From assembly GCA_964016885.1 (NCBI GenBank), contig OZ024745.1, positions 28,520,001 to 28,584,000 on the forward strand: a stretch of DNA of 64,000 nt, written 5' to 3'. Shown one piece after another: positions 1 through 12,058 of the stretch; the first letter of the stretch is position 1; every line of letters starts with the position of its first letter. The stretch is from Eledone cirrhosa. Lineage: Eukaryota. A program made the translations under genes and the position numbers. Below the pieces are notes generated by a model. That model was not told the origin of the DNA and ran no database searches. It saw only the letters and a program-made list of their open reading frames with translations.

Positions 1-98
1 TGTTTAATATCGTATATCTACTCCAAAACTTGTCGAGTGCTTTATATCAGTTATAAAATATTTACTTGTTGTAACCCAACAATTTTAAATAAAACTTT

Positions 99-103
<5 letters not shown>
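1..103 (+). mobile_element. 3' tail of a Penelope-like (hammerhead-bearing) dispersed repeat, ending at (TA)n; truncated by the window start
   Basis: Similar to 37990-38093 (tttaatatcgta..actccaaa..cttgt.gagtgcttt.tatcagttataaa..tttac..gttgt.aacccaacaattt.aaataaaa.ttt.gca), which lies just downstream of a hammerhead-like motif. Both are followed by (TA)n. Confidence 0.6.
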
Positions 104-168
<65 letters not shown>

Positions 169-477
169 TATACATTTAAGTTAGACACCAGTAGGTGGAA
201 TTAAATCCATACGCATAAACATTCTAAATATACAATTTAAAATACGTTTGGATCCTTAGAAACATCAAAATGCATAAAACTGCATCAAATTTAAGAAAGG
301 AACATCTATGTTCTATTTGTTTTGTCACATTATGTTTTGTTTCTTTTCTGCAGAGGCCGCCATGTTGTTATAATTAATTTCTATAAGTACCTTGTTTTTC
401 TTCTGTATATTCTTTAGTAACTGGCACTGTCTGTTTGCCTATCATCCTGCCTGACTGTCAATCTATAGTTCTTTACG

Positions 478-780
478 TCTAACCCAGGTTCTGCTGCACG
501 TCGGGCTGAGGAGGCCAAACTCCTCAAATACCGGTCGCTCTCCGACAGGTTTGCGGTTGTACCCTTGGCAGTGGAGACTTTTGGTGTCCTCAGCCCTAGG
601 GCTACCTCCCTACTCACCACCATAGGCGCTGAGCTGGCCAACCGCAGGTGTAATCCCCGCGAGTTGGAGTGGCTTTTCCAGCGCGTCTCTCTTGCCGTCC
701 CCTGGGGAAACGCCTTCTCCATTCTGTCCGCCGAGGCTGTGGGGAGACAAGCCGATTATATTACGTATTCTGTTGAATAG
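478..780 (+). mobile_element. Fragment of a CRE/SLACS-like non-LTR retrotransposon, C-terminal restriction-like endonuclease
   Basis: Frame reads SNPGSAARRAEEAKLLKYRSLSDRFAVVPLAVETFGVL...WLFQRVSLAVPWGNAFSIL. This matches the AE..K..KY / P.AVETxG / QRxSxAVxxGNA pattern of CRE-clade C-termini. Confidence 0.75.
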
Positions 781-999
781 TCTTAAATACGTTTACTTGA
801 GTTCAGTATATATACATATATATATATATATATAGTTACTTGTCTATATTTACCATTGTATCTATCTTCGGACAAGAACAGCAGTAACAGTAACAAAACT
901 CAAATACCAATAGCAAAGATAGATTTGAATCTAGAATTAATAGGAAACATGGAATTTTGTCTGATGCTTTACCGGTTCTGGAATGGTCGAATATATCGG

Positions 1000-1120
1000 C
1001 ACCAGTACTTGATTGGTACTTTATGCTATCGATTCTAGAAGTATGAAAAGCAAAGGTGAACTCAGAACATAAACAACCGTAATTAGGGCATTTCATCTGA
1101 CGCTCTAACGATTCTCCTAA
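1000..1120 (-). mobile_element. Degenerate tRNA-derived SINE copy
   Basis: Reverse complement resembles the SINE at 2633-2845 (gaatcgttagagcgtc... ctgagttc... tttgc-tttcat... atcgata... aagtacca). Confidence 0.55.
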
Positions 1121-1399
1121 TCCATTAAAAATGGTTTCAAACTTAAAGAGGTCGCTAGCCATTGTCTGTAATGCTTTTGCAGTTTTTTTCCGCGGGGAGA
1201 AGCCCAAACACCACCGCACCCTTGGCCCAGAGCCCATCAACATCTCCCCTTCCCCTTCAGTTTCTTCTGTGATCCTAGAGTCCTTGATTTTCTCCTTTCC
1301 ATATACATTGATTGACACCTGTTGCGATGGAAGAATTCTCACCTCCACCACTCTCTAAAACTACACAATAAATAAAATTTGTTGGGAGAAAGTCGGTTA

Positions 1400-1540
1400 A
1401 ATCGACCACAGTACTTGACTGATACTTTATTATCAAGCCCCAAAGGATGAAAGGCAAAGTTGACCTCAGCAGGAATTGAACGCAGACGTAAATTAATACC
1501 ACAAGGTATTTTGTCCGACGCTGTAACGATTCTGCCAACC
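1400..1540 (-). mobile_element. tRNA-derived SINE copy
   Basis: Minus strand reads ggcagaatcgttacagcgtcggacaaaat...gttcaattcc...gaggtcaactttgcctttcatcctttggggcttgataataaagtatcagt: a B-box-like head plus a conserved core. Confidence 0.7.
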
Positions 1541-1990
1541 AATTATTATTATTTTGCATCGAATTTAATTGAATTAAATGTCGCAGAAAATTATTTACCA
1601 TTCCTTGTAAATATTAATTACGCATTTATGCAAGAAATATATTTTTGTCCATACCATTTTTACCGAATATAAACATCCGGTTTTTGTCCTTCAAGAATTT
1701 TTTTTTCCATTACTTTGTTGTTGTTTTGTTGTGCTATTGATAATATTCGTAGAAATTTCTGGAATCAGGAGTAATTTCTGTAAATAGGTTCCTTCCTCGG
1801 GGAGGAATTATACATTCCAGAACACTAATGTAAACAACAATAGTAACAGACGGAGATTCAGAACATCTCCTTGGGGAACACTCCATATTGATTCACAGTT
1901 GCTTGGCAATACACCAATAATTATGTAACCTATATACACATACACACATGTACATACGCACACACACACAGAGACACGCACATACACATA

Positions 1991-2044
<54 letters not shown>

Positions 2045-2187
2045 TAAGTAAGGATATTTTGGAAACAGCGAGTTGGTTTGAAATTATTAGAAATGTAAGC
2101 TATCGCTGTATTTTGACTAAAGAAATTATTTAGCCTGATAGTGGCGTTAAGAACCCTCGGACAAATGGAAAAAGATGAGTATTGACG

Positions 2188-2273
<86 letters not shown>

Positions 2274-2569
2274 CATATATATATGTGGGTGGGTGGGGGG
2301 GGTCTCTGTGTGTGTGTGTGTGTAGGCCACTAATTATGTTTGTATAAATACAAAGTGTGATGGTGCAGTGTGGTGGATACGGGTAAGAAATAGTCTCAGA
2401 CAGACAGATTTGGTAAGGGTCAGAGATGAGAGGGAGGAAGGGATAGAGAAAGAGAGTGTGGAATAGAGAGAGAGGGGAAGAAATGATATGAAAAGGAGAT
2501 GGTGAGAGGGAGAGGTATAAAACATATTTCTATAATAATTATTATCATCATCACCACCATCATCACCAC

Positions 2570-2615
<46 letters not shown>

Positions 2616-2632
2616 ATATTAATATTATTACT

Positions 2633-2845
2633 GACAGAATCGTTAGAACATCGGACTCCCTGCTTTTCGGCATAGAGTTATAGTTCTTTACGTTCTGAGT
2701 TCAAATCCTGCCGCGGTTAGCTTTGCCTGTCATTCTTAAGGAATCGATAAAATAAAGTACCAGTAATGCACTGGGATCGAGTTAATCGCCTTCCCCACCC
2801 CCAAAATTGCTGGCCTTGTGCCTAAATCAGAAACCATTATTATTA
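2633..2845 (+). mobile_element. tRNA-derived SINE, near full length, with (ATT)n tail
   Basis: B-box-like gagttcaaatcc, core tttgcc..tcat...tcgataaaataaagtaccagt (resembles the Meta-type SINE core), tail ggccttgtgcctaaatcagaaacc(att)n. Multiple copies occur in the window. Confidence 0.75.
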
Positions 2846-2932
2846 GTATTATTGTTTCTTTGCTCAGCTTCTAACCCTGGAGATGTATTACAGTGTTAGC
2901 TGTTCACTACCAATGAACTGAGGTAACACCCC

Positions 2933-3370
2933 TTATTTTTTGAGTACCCTCTGGAGTATTCAAGCTGTTCTAAGCAATGCTGTTTTTTGTAAATGTTTCA
3001 TCCGTATTGCAATCCCTGTTTGTTTAATGTACTTCTCAAAATCTTTACTCATGGTTCCCAAGACACCAACTATTATTGTACCACCACCTTTTTCAGTGAC
3101 CACAACTGCTTAACTTCCTAGCTAACCTGTCATATCTATCAATTTTTCCTTCTTTGTTTCAGACTTTGTTATCAGCTGGACAAGCTATATCTATAACCCA
3201 ACATTGTTTACTTTCTTTCTCAATTAATACAATACCTGGTCTCCTATGTTCAATCTCATGGTCACCCTGTATCACAAAGTTCCACAGGATCTTTGCATCA
3301 TCATTTTCGATAACGCCCTCAGAGTTATGTTCGTACCACTTTTCTGCTGTGATACTACCAAAGCTCTTTC
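2933..3370 (-). mobile_element. Degenerate 3' fragment of an R4/Dong-like non-LTR retrotransposon (restriction-like endonuclease)
   Basis: KWYEH...VIENDDAKILWNFVIQGDHEIEHRRPGIV...CWVIDIACPAD, continuing across frameshifts as KIDRY..QLW..IIVGVLG...LQKTALLRTA*ILQRVL. Confidence 0.8.
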
Positions 3371-4160
3371 TTACATAGTCTGAACCTTGCAAGTAATACA
3401 GGCTTACAATAACTCTGTCTTACACTGTGTGTACCTAGTAAAACAAGTCTACCATGGATTCCTCTAACATAAGCTATACTAAGTAATACATATAGGTCTG
3501 TCTATCTTAGGTAATCTGTACCTAGTCAGTCAACGCTAATATAGATCTCTCTTAAAGTGTATATACCTAACAACACCGAGCTTTAATATTCATTTTACAT
3601 ATCTAGAAATATGGGACCACCAAATCTCCTTCTTACATAATCTTTACATGGTTTTTCAAAGCTACCCTATCTTTCTCTCTCCTCTCCCTCTCCTCTCTCT
3701 CCCCTCTTTCTAGAGGGGGACTAGATGAGGCATTGTCGTAAAAGATATAGAGGGGATAGTTTGTAATGGATAGAGAGAGGACGATTACGACAGAGTGTGA
3801 TGGAGATGGCAATGGGAGATTTGGAGATGATTGATATAAAGAGGGAAATTGGGAGATTGTTTTGTATGTTAGATATAGAGAGAGTTTAGGGGTGATTGAT
3901 ATAGAGAGGGGGATTGGGAGAGATAAGTGTAGATATTTATAGAGAGGGATGAGTGTATTAATGTTAGATATAATGAGGAGGATAAGAGAGTCGGTGTCTT
4001 GGTACATATAGGAAGGGGGGAGTTTGGCTTTAGTAGATACAGAGACGGGGATTAAAAGAGTGTTTTTTATGATAGATATAAAAAGGAGGTGAGTTTGGTG
4101 CTACTCTCGGGTCCCAAAAACAACACCGAAGTAGAGTTTAAATATTCGCTAAGTGATGAG

Positions 4161-4211
4161 TTTTGTTACTCTGGAGTCTCACCTGGGTACTCAAAGGATC
4201 ATCAGACAAAA
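4161..4211 (-). ncRNA. Hammerhead ribozyme-like motif (type I, one core mutation GAAAC>GAGAC)
   Basis: Minus strand: TTTTGT-CTGATGA-TCCT..AGG-T-GAGAC-TCCAGA-GTA-ACAAAA, with a 6-bp stem I. The inverted copy at 4233-4255 retains GAAAC-TTTAGA-GTA-ACAAA. Confidence 0.6.
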
Positions 4212-4400
4212 CTGGTGTTCTTGTGAGTGCATAGGTGAAACTTTAGAGTAACAAATTTAACTAATAACCATAATAAATTAATGTATATATATATATATAT
4301 ATGTATAACCAAGGATTAGTATGGTTCGTTGATTACTCAATGAATACAATTTTACAATAGATTAGAAGCACTCAACAAAAGGTTTTCCTGGAGTTTTTAA

Positions 4401-4591
4401 TATTATTCAAAATATTAACAAATGAAAAATATTCTCATAATCAAAATATATACTTTATTATATATATTTCAAAGGTACTGTGTTGTTTTTTCAGTACGTC
4501 CTCATCAGACACAGTACCTTTGAAATATATATAATAAAGTATATATTTTGATTATGAGAATATTTTTCATTTGTTAATATTTTGAATAATA
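4401..4591. repeat. Long fold-back inverted repeat (about 83-bp arms, 25-bp spacer)
   Basis: 4401-4483 is the reverse complement of 4509-4591. The spacer contains TCATCAG, the hammerhead core on the minus strand. Confidence 0.9.
4456..4511 (-). ncRNA. Minimal type I hammerhead ribozyme motif
   Basis: Minus strand: TGT-CTGATGA-GGAC-GTACTG-loop-CAGTAC-CTTT-GAAA-T-ATAT-ATA-ATA. Palindromic stem III, AUA cleavage triplet, short stem I. Confidence 0.6.
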
Positions 4592-4602
4592 TATATATAT
4601 AT

Positions 4603-4796
4603 AACGAAGGAAGTGTGGTAAGGAACCAGATGGACCATAACGCACCAGAGTACTCAATACTTAGGGTAATAGAGTGGGTAATAGGAAAATGTTTAACCCC
4701 GACGGCAGAGATCAAGCCGTTTCGACGGCTGTTTCTGGAGTCCAGAAATAGCCATCGAAACGGCTTGAGCTCTGCTGTCGGGGTTAAACATGTTCA
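4603..4796 (+). mobile_element. About 190-bp hairpin-terminated element in (TA)n, copy 1
   Basis: Homologous to 35951-36143 and 38226-38419. About 80 bp of unique sequence plus a palindrome of about 115 bp, with (TA)n on both sides. Strand label is only relative to the other copies. Confidence 0.8.
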
Positions 4797-4925
4797 TATA
4801 TATATATATAGGAGGCGAAGAAATTAGGTATAATACCAGTTTCTTACCAAATGCGAAGAACCTCAATATATTAACCCCTTAGGATCGGGTAGAGAGCCTA
4901 ATTTTTCCTGAATTATATATATATA

Positions 4926-5079
<154 letters not shown>

Positions 5080-5087
5080 CATATCTA

Positions 5088-5278
<191 letters not shown>

Positions 5279-5397
5279 TGGAGCTGGGGAGTAGACATGT
5301 TCTCCCCCGCTAATTATATGTTTCCCCCAAACTACCAAAACACACATCTATTTGGATATGCGCTACAGTATATGTACATGTTATTTTTATCGCATAT

Positions 5398-6585
5398 CGT
5401 TACTATCTACACACTATGTAAGAGGAAACTATGGTAGCCGTTACTATCTACACACTATGTAAGAGGAAACTATGGTAGCCGTTACTATCTACACACTATG
5501 TAAGAAGAAACTATGGTAGCCGTTACTATCTACACACTATGTAAGAGGAAACTATGGTAGTCGTTACTATCTACACACTATGTAAGAGGAAACTATGGTA
5601 GCCGTTACTATCTACACACTATGTAAGAGGAAACTATGGTAGCCGTTACTATCTACACACTATGTAAGAGGAAACTATGGTAGCCGTTACTATCTACACA
5701 CTATGTAAGAAGAAACTATGGTAGCCGTTACTATCTACACATTATGTAAGAGGAAACTATGGTAGCCGTTACTATCTACACACTATGTAAGAGGAAACAA
5801 TGGTAGCCGTTACTATCTACACACTATGTAAGAAGAAACTATGGTAGCCGTTACTATCTACACACTATGTAAGAGGAAACTATGGTAGCCGTTACTATCT
5901 ACACACTATGTAAGAGGAAACTATGGTAGCCGTTACTATCTACACACTATGTAAGAGGAAACTATGGTAGCCGTTACTATCTACACACTATGTAAGAGGA
6001 AACTATGGTAGCCGTTACTATCTACACACTATGTAAGAGGAAAGTATGGTAGCCGTTACTATCTACACACTATGTAAGAGGAAACTATGGTAGCCGTTAC
6101 TATCTACACACTATGTAAGAGGAAACTATGGTAGCCGTTACTATCTACACACTATGTAAGAGGAAACTATGGTAGCCGTTACTATCTACACACTATGTAA
6201 GAGGAAACTATGGTAGCCGTTACTATCTACACACTATGTAAGAGGAAACTATGGTAGCCGTTACTATCTACACACTATGTAAGAGGAAACTATGGTAGCC
6301 GTTACTATCTACACACTATGTAAGAGGAAACTATGGTAGCCGTTACTATCTACACACTATGTAAGAGGAAACTATGGTAGCCGTTACTATCTACACACTA
6401 TGTAAGAGGAAACTATGGTAGCCGTTACTATCTACACACTATGTAAGAGGAAACTATGGTAGCCGTTACTATCTACACACTATGTAAGAGGAAACTATGG
6501 TAGCCGTTACTATCTACACACTATGTAAGAGGAAACTATGGTAGCCGTTACTATCTACACACTATGTAAGAGGGAAGTATGGTAG
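5398..6585. repeat. 41-bp minisatellite, about 28 copies
   Basis: Unit cgttactatctacacactatgtaagaggaaactatggtagc, nearly invariant. Confidence 0.97.
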
Positions 6586-7012
6586 TCACTACCTTCACCA
6601 CAACCATTAGCAACATCAACACTGCCACCACCATCTCCACTACCGACACCATCACCACCACCGCCATGACGACCACCTTCACCACTACCACCACCACTAC
6701 CACCACCATCACCACTAATACGACCACCATCACCATCACGACCACCTTCACCACTACCACCACCATCACCATCCACCATCACCACTAATACGACCACCAT
6801 CACCCTTAATACTACCATCACCATCACGACCACCACCACCACTACCACCACCATCACCACTAATACGACCACCATCACCATCACGACCACCTTCACCACT
6901 ACCACCACCATCACCACCACTACCACCACCATCACCATCCACCATCACCACTAATACGACCACCATCACCCTTAATACTACCATCACCATCACGACCACC
7001 ACCGCCACTACC
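6585..7012. repeat. (ACC)-rich low-complexity tract with internal block duplications
   Basis: Degenerate ACC/ATC triplets with repeated blocks such as accactaatacgaccaccatcacc. Confidence 0.9.
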
Positions 7013-7148
7013 AAAAATCTCTCCTTAGTCATGTCAAAAGACCATTATCGATATTAAGTTTCGATTAACAATGTGACCTGGGTTTTTGTCTAGTATATAC
7101 CACCTCACAATCCTATATGTGTGTGTGTGTATGTATGTGTGTATATAC

Positions 7149-7180
<32 letters not shown>

Positions 7181-7188
7181 TGTGTGTG

Positions 7189-7271
<83 letters not shown>

Positions 7272-7334
7272 CGCGTCTGTGTGTATATATATATATATAT
7301 ATTAATACATAAACAACATACACATCACATCGTG

Positions 7335-7416
<82 letters not shown>

Positions 7417-8059
7417 TACTATTGCCGCTACATTAACTACGATTTTTTGGATCTGCACATATTTCCCATCACCGCCGTAAGATGGCGTGGTAGTAGCCAA
7501 CCTCTGACCTCCTCCTTTTCTCTCTCTTTCCTTTACTATCTTTCTCTCTCTTCCCTCCGTATTTTTTAACGTGTAAATATCGTTTTATTTATTCGTCTCC
7601 ATTTTCTTTATCTTCCTTTCTTTCATCTAACTTTTCATCTCATTTCCTCTCTCTTTCATTTTACGGTTCCTTAATCAGTCTTAAATTGGAAATGGACGGG
7701 TCAAATTCCTTCCGGTATGTCTTCCATCTTCTCCTTTTGTTAAATTGCTGTCGATTTGAGGGGAAAGAAGCGGCCCCTTTAATTCCTAATAAGGTCATAG
7801 AGAATCCATCCTGATACATGGCATGCCATGCTCATATCATACCAGGTGGAGGTCCACCACCCCCTTTCCCAGATCTGAACATAGCCGATATCTTACTCAT
7901 GCACAGAGAGAGGGGGAGAGAAGAAGAAGAAGAAGAAGAAGAAGAAGAAGAAGAAGAAGAAGAAGAATCCTTGACATCGGCAGGATTTGAACTCCGAACA
8001 CCACCGTAAACCAAAACAAATATCGAACCATTTATAATAACGCCCTGGTGACTGTGTCA

Positions 8060-8245
8060 AACCACTCAACTTTGTATAACTTGTACGGTTCCTTGGTCTG
8101 CCTTAATTTGGGAACTGGCCGAGTAAAATTAACGTGCAAGTGGTTGAACATTCTACAGACAAGTAACTTTAACATATTTCTCAGGGAGATTCAAAATGAC
8201 ACTGTGTGTGACATGACTGGCCCTTTCAATTACAGATACAATGTA
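8060..8245 (+). mobile_element. Dispersed SINE-like repeat (3' part)
   Basis: aacgtgcaagtggttgaacattctacagac...gggagattca...tgtgacatgactggccctttcaattacag. Related stretches lie at 8410-8520, 8930-9040 and 22930-23050. Confidence 0.6.
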
Positions 8246-8289
8246 TCTTGTATTATAGTCTAAGTGTTATAAAGAGTTACGGCCCTTTG

Positions 8290-8410
8290 TGGTTTGAGTT
8301 CAAATCCCGCCAAGGTTAATTTTGCCTTTCATCCTTACGAGGTCGATAAAAGAAAGTACCAGTAATGTACTGGATAATTGCTTGCCTTGTGCCAAAAGTA
8401 GAAACAATTA
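8290..8410 (+). mobile_element. SINE copy (core and tail)
   Basis: gagttcaaatcccgccaaggttaattttgcctttcatccttacgaggtcgataaaagaaagtaccagt...gtgccaaaagtagaaacaatta. Confidence 0.75.
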
Positions 8411-8610
8411 TAGTCTAAGTGGCAGAGTATTCCACAGGTATGTATTCTTTTAACATATTTCCCAGGAGATTTAACGTGGCAGTGTGTGTGTGATAATTAA
8501 AAATACAATTGATTTTGTATTATAGTGCGAATAACTAGGGCTGTTGATTGAGAGAATCGTTAGAGCGTCGGACAAATGCTTACCGGTATTTTTCTGGTTC
8601 TTAACGATAG

Positions 8611-8805
8611 CAGACCTGCCAACCTCTAAAAACCCAAACGGGAAGTATCATGAAAAATAGTGCCCTAAAAAGAGAAGAAATGAGGCAGAATAGGGAGATT
8701 TTACATAATGAAAGCTATACCCATTTTCACAAGAGAAGACATCTCTCACCCAGCCCCAAATGAATGGGAGATCTCCCCGTCGGACGGGGACAGTTGACAA
8801 GTCTG
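8611..8805. mobile_element. MITE (terminal inverted repeats) nested inside a SINE spanning about 8545-8930
   Basis: Ends CAGACCTGCCAAC / GTTGACAAGTCTG (imperfect 13-bp TIR), with imperfect flanks cgatag/cgttag. The SINE head lies to the left and the SINE core to the right. Confidence 0.65.
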
Positions 8806-9414
8806 CGTTAGCTATACCTTTCATCCTTACAGTGTCGGTAAAATAAAATATCAGTAATTCACTGAGGTCGATTTAATCCACTTTCTCCTCCCCCAAAATT
8901 GTTGGCCTTGTACCTAAATCAGAAACCATTATGGTGCGAATAACTGAATATTTCAGACATGTGTAACCTGGACGTAATTCTCGGGGTGAATCAACGTGAC
9001 ACAGTGTGACAACGCTGAACCTTAGAATTACAGGTAGAATCCTTTTGACTGGTTTCCAAACACTCTCCATCGACCCAATTGGGTCAACTCGAGGCTATGG
9101 TAAAGACACTTGTTCAAGATCTGTTGTTAGCATTACAATTTATAATTTTAGCTAATTCTGAGAGGAGGGCGGTAATATGAACAGTATAGTTTGGTGGGGG
9201 GGGCTACTGGAGGGGGTGATTGAGAAGGAGGAAGATATACTGGATGATGATGATGATGATGGGGGGGGGGGCAATGGGTTAGAACTTCAAAAGAAGACCA
9301 GTGGATAATAGAAGAGGTAAAGATTTAATGAGGCGAGAATGATTTATAATGACTTTAGACTGCAACAGCCTTGAGACACGGTATTGCTGTGTTGACTGAG
9401 GGTTAGGGAGGACT

Positions 9415-10575
9415 GTACTATAGCTATATTGTAGCTATATATAGTATAGTTATACTATAGTTATATTGTAGCTATACTGTAGTTATATTGTAGCTATATT
9501 GTAGCTATACTGTAGTTATATTGTAGCTATATTGTAGCTATACTGTAGTTATATTGTAGCTATATTGTAGCTATACTGTAGTTATATTGTAGCTATATTG
9601 TAGCTATATTGTAGTTATACTATGGTTGTGATGTAGCTATATTACAACCATAACAACAGTATAACAACAGTATTACAACAGTATTACAACATTATAACCA
9701 CAGTATAACAACATTATAACAACATTATAACCACAGTATAACAACAGTATTACAACAGTATAACAACAGTATAACCACAGTATTACAACAGTATTACAAC
9801 AGTATAACAACATTATAACCACAGTATAACAACAGTATTACAACAGTATTACAACAGTATAACCACAGTATTACAACAGTATAACCACAGTATAACAACA
9901 TTATAACAACATTATAACCACAGTATAACAACAGTATTACAACAGTATTACAACAGTATAACAACAGTATTACAACAGTATAACCACAGTATAACAACAG
10001 TATAGCAACAGTATTACAACAGTACAACCACAGTGGTTATACTGTTGTAATATTGTTGCTATACTGTTGTTATACCGTGGTTATACAGGGGTTATATTGT
10101 TGTTATACTGTTGTTATACTGTGGTTATATTGTGGTTATACTGTTGTTATACTGTGGTTATACTGCGGTTATATTGTGGTTATACTGTGGTTATACTGTG
10201 GTTATACTGCGGTTATATTGTGGTTATACTGTTGTTATACTGTGGTTATACTGCGGTTATACTGCGGTTATACTGCGGTTATATTGTTGTTATACTGTGG
10301 TTATATTGTTGTTATACTGTGGTTATAGTGTGGATATACTGTTGTTATACTGTTGTTATACTGTGGTTATACTGTTGTTATACTGTTGTTATATTGTTGT
10401 TATACTGTGGTTATAGTGTGGATATACTGTTGTTATACTGTTGTTATATTGTTGTTATACTGTGGTTATAGTGTGGATATACTGTTGTTATACTGTGGTT
10501 ATACTGTAGTTATACTGTGGTTATACTGTTGTTATACTGTGGTTATAGTGTGGATATACTGTGGTTATACTAAGT
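9415..10575. repeat. 11-bp minisatellite with two strand inversions
   Basis: Units tatattgtagc/tatactgtagt (9415-9640), then tataacaacag (9640-10032, reverse orientation), then ctgttgttata (10033-10575). Confidence 0.9.
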
Positions 10576-10671
10576 AAGACATGACACTGTGAAGACTGTA
10601 CTGAAGCTTTAGTGGTTATACTCAGTATACGGTACAATTACCACTATACACCATATTATTTCTCTCTAGAG

Positions 10672-10842
10672 TCTAGAGAGTCGGACACCATGCTTTGAAG
10701 CATAGAGTTACGTCCCTTTACGGTCTGAGTTCAAATCCCGCTTAGGTTAATTTTGCCTTTCATCCTTACGGAGTCGATAAAATAAAGTACCAGTAATACA
10801 CTGGGTATTTGCTGGCCTTGTGCCAAAAGTAGAAACAATTAT
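10672..10842 (+). mobile_element. tRNA-derived SINE copy
   Basis: ctgagttcaaatcccgc..ggttaattttgcctttcatccttacggagtcgataaaataaagtaccagt...ggccttgtgccaaaagtagaaac. Confidence 0.75.
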
Positions 10843-11016
10843 TTCTCTCATACACACACGTGCACACTTACACACACATACACACATACAATCACACACA
10901 CATACACACTCACACACATACTCACACACACATACACACGCACACACACACACATATTTGGTGAATATAGATCTGTGTTGACAGTACTGATGTACTCTGT
11001 CATCGATGTCTGATTA

Positions 11017-12058
11017 GGAGGTAAAGTAAGTCTGGTGGTAAAGTAACTCTGGAGGTAAAGTAACCCTGATGGTAAAGTAACTCTGGTGGTAAAGTAACCC
11101 TGATGGTAAAGTAACTCTGGAGGTAAAGTAACCCTGATTGTAAAGTAACTCTGGTGATAAAGTAACCCTGATGGTAAAGTAACTCTGGAGGTAAAGTAAC
11201 CCTGATGGTAAAGTAACTCTGGAGGTAAAGTAACCCTGATGGTAAAGTAACTCTGGTGGTAAAGTAACTCTGGAGGTGAAGTAACTCTGGTGGTAAAGTA
11301 ACTCTGGTGGTAAAGTAACTCTGGAGGTAAAGTAAGTCTGGTGGTAAAGTAACTCTGGTGGTAAAGTAACTCTGCAGGTAAAGTAACTCTGGAAGTAAAG
11401 TAACTCTGGTGGTAAAGTAACCCTGGTGGTAAAGTAACCCTGGTGGTAAAGTAACTCTGGAGGAAAAGTAACTCTGGTGGTAAAGTAACTCTGGTGGTAA
11501 AGTAACTCTGGAGGTAAAGTAAGTCTGGAGGTAAAGTAACTCTGGGGGTAAAGTAACTCTGATGGTAAAGTAACTCTGGAGGTAAAGTAACTCTGGTGGT
11601 AAAGTAACTCTGGTGGTAAAGTAACTCTGGTGGTAAAGTAACTCTGGAGTAAAGTAACTCTGGAGGTAAAGTAACTCTGGTGGTAAAGTAACTCTAGAGG
11701 TAAAGTAACTCTGGTGGTAAAGTAACTCTGGAGGTAAAGTAACTCTGGTGGTAAAGTAACTCTGGTGGTAAAGTAACCCTGGTGGTAAAGTAACTCTGGA
11801 GGTAAAGTAACTCTGGAGGTAAAGTAACTCTGGTGGTAAAGTAACTCTGGAGGTAAAGTAAGTCTGGTGGTAAAGTAACTCTGGTGGTAAAGTAACCCTG
11901 GTGGTAAAGTAACTCTGGTGGTAAAGTAACTCTGGAGGTAAAGTAAGTCTGGAGGTAAAGTAACTCTGGTGGTAAAGTAACTCTGGTGGTAAAGTAACTC
12001 TGGAGGTAAAGTAAGTCTGGTGGTAAAGTAACTCTGGAGGTAAAGTAACTCTGGTGGT
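11017..12058. repeat. 17-bp minisatellite, about 60 copies
   Basis: Unit ggtaaagtaactctgg(t/a), with ccctgat and agtctgg variants. Confidence 0.97.

Noticed and set aside
836-1351. 171-aa ORF
   Set aside because: It crosses SINE remnants and low-complexity sequence, with no domain motifs.
2633-2720. tRNA genes at gagttcaaatcc motifs
   Set aside because: These are SINE heads with a B-box only; no cloverleaf is evident, and each is followed by the SINE core.
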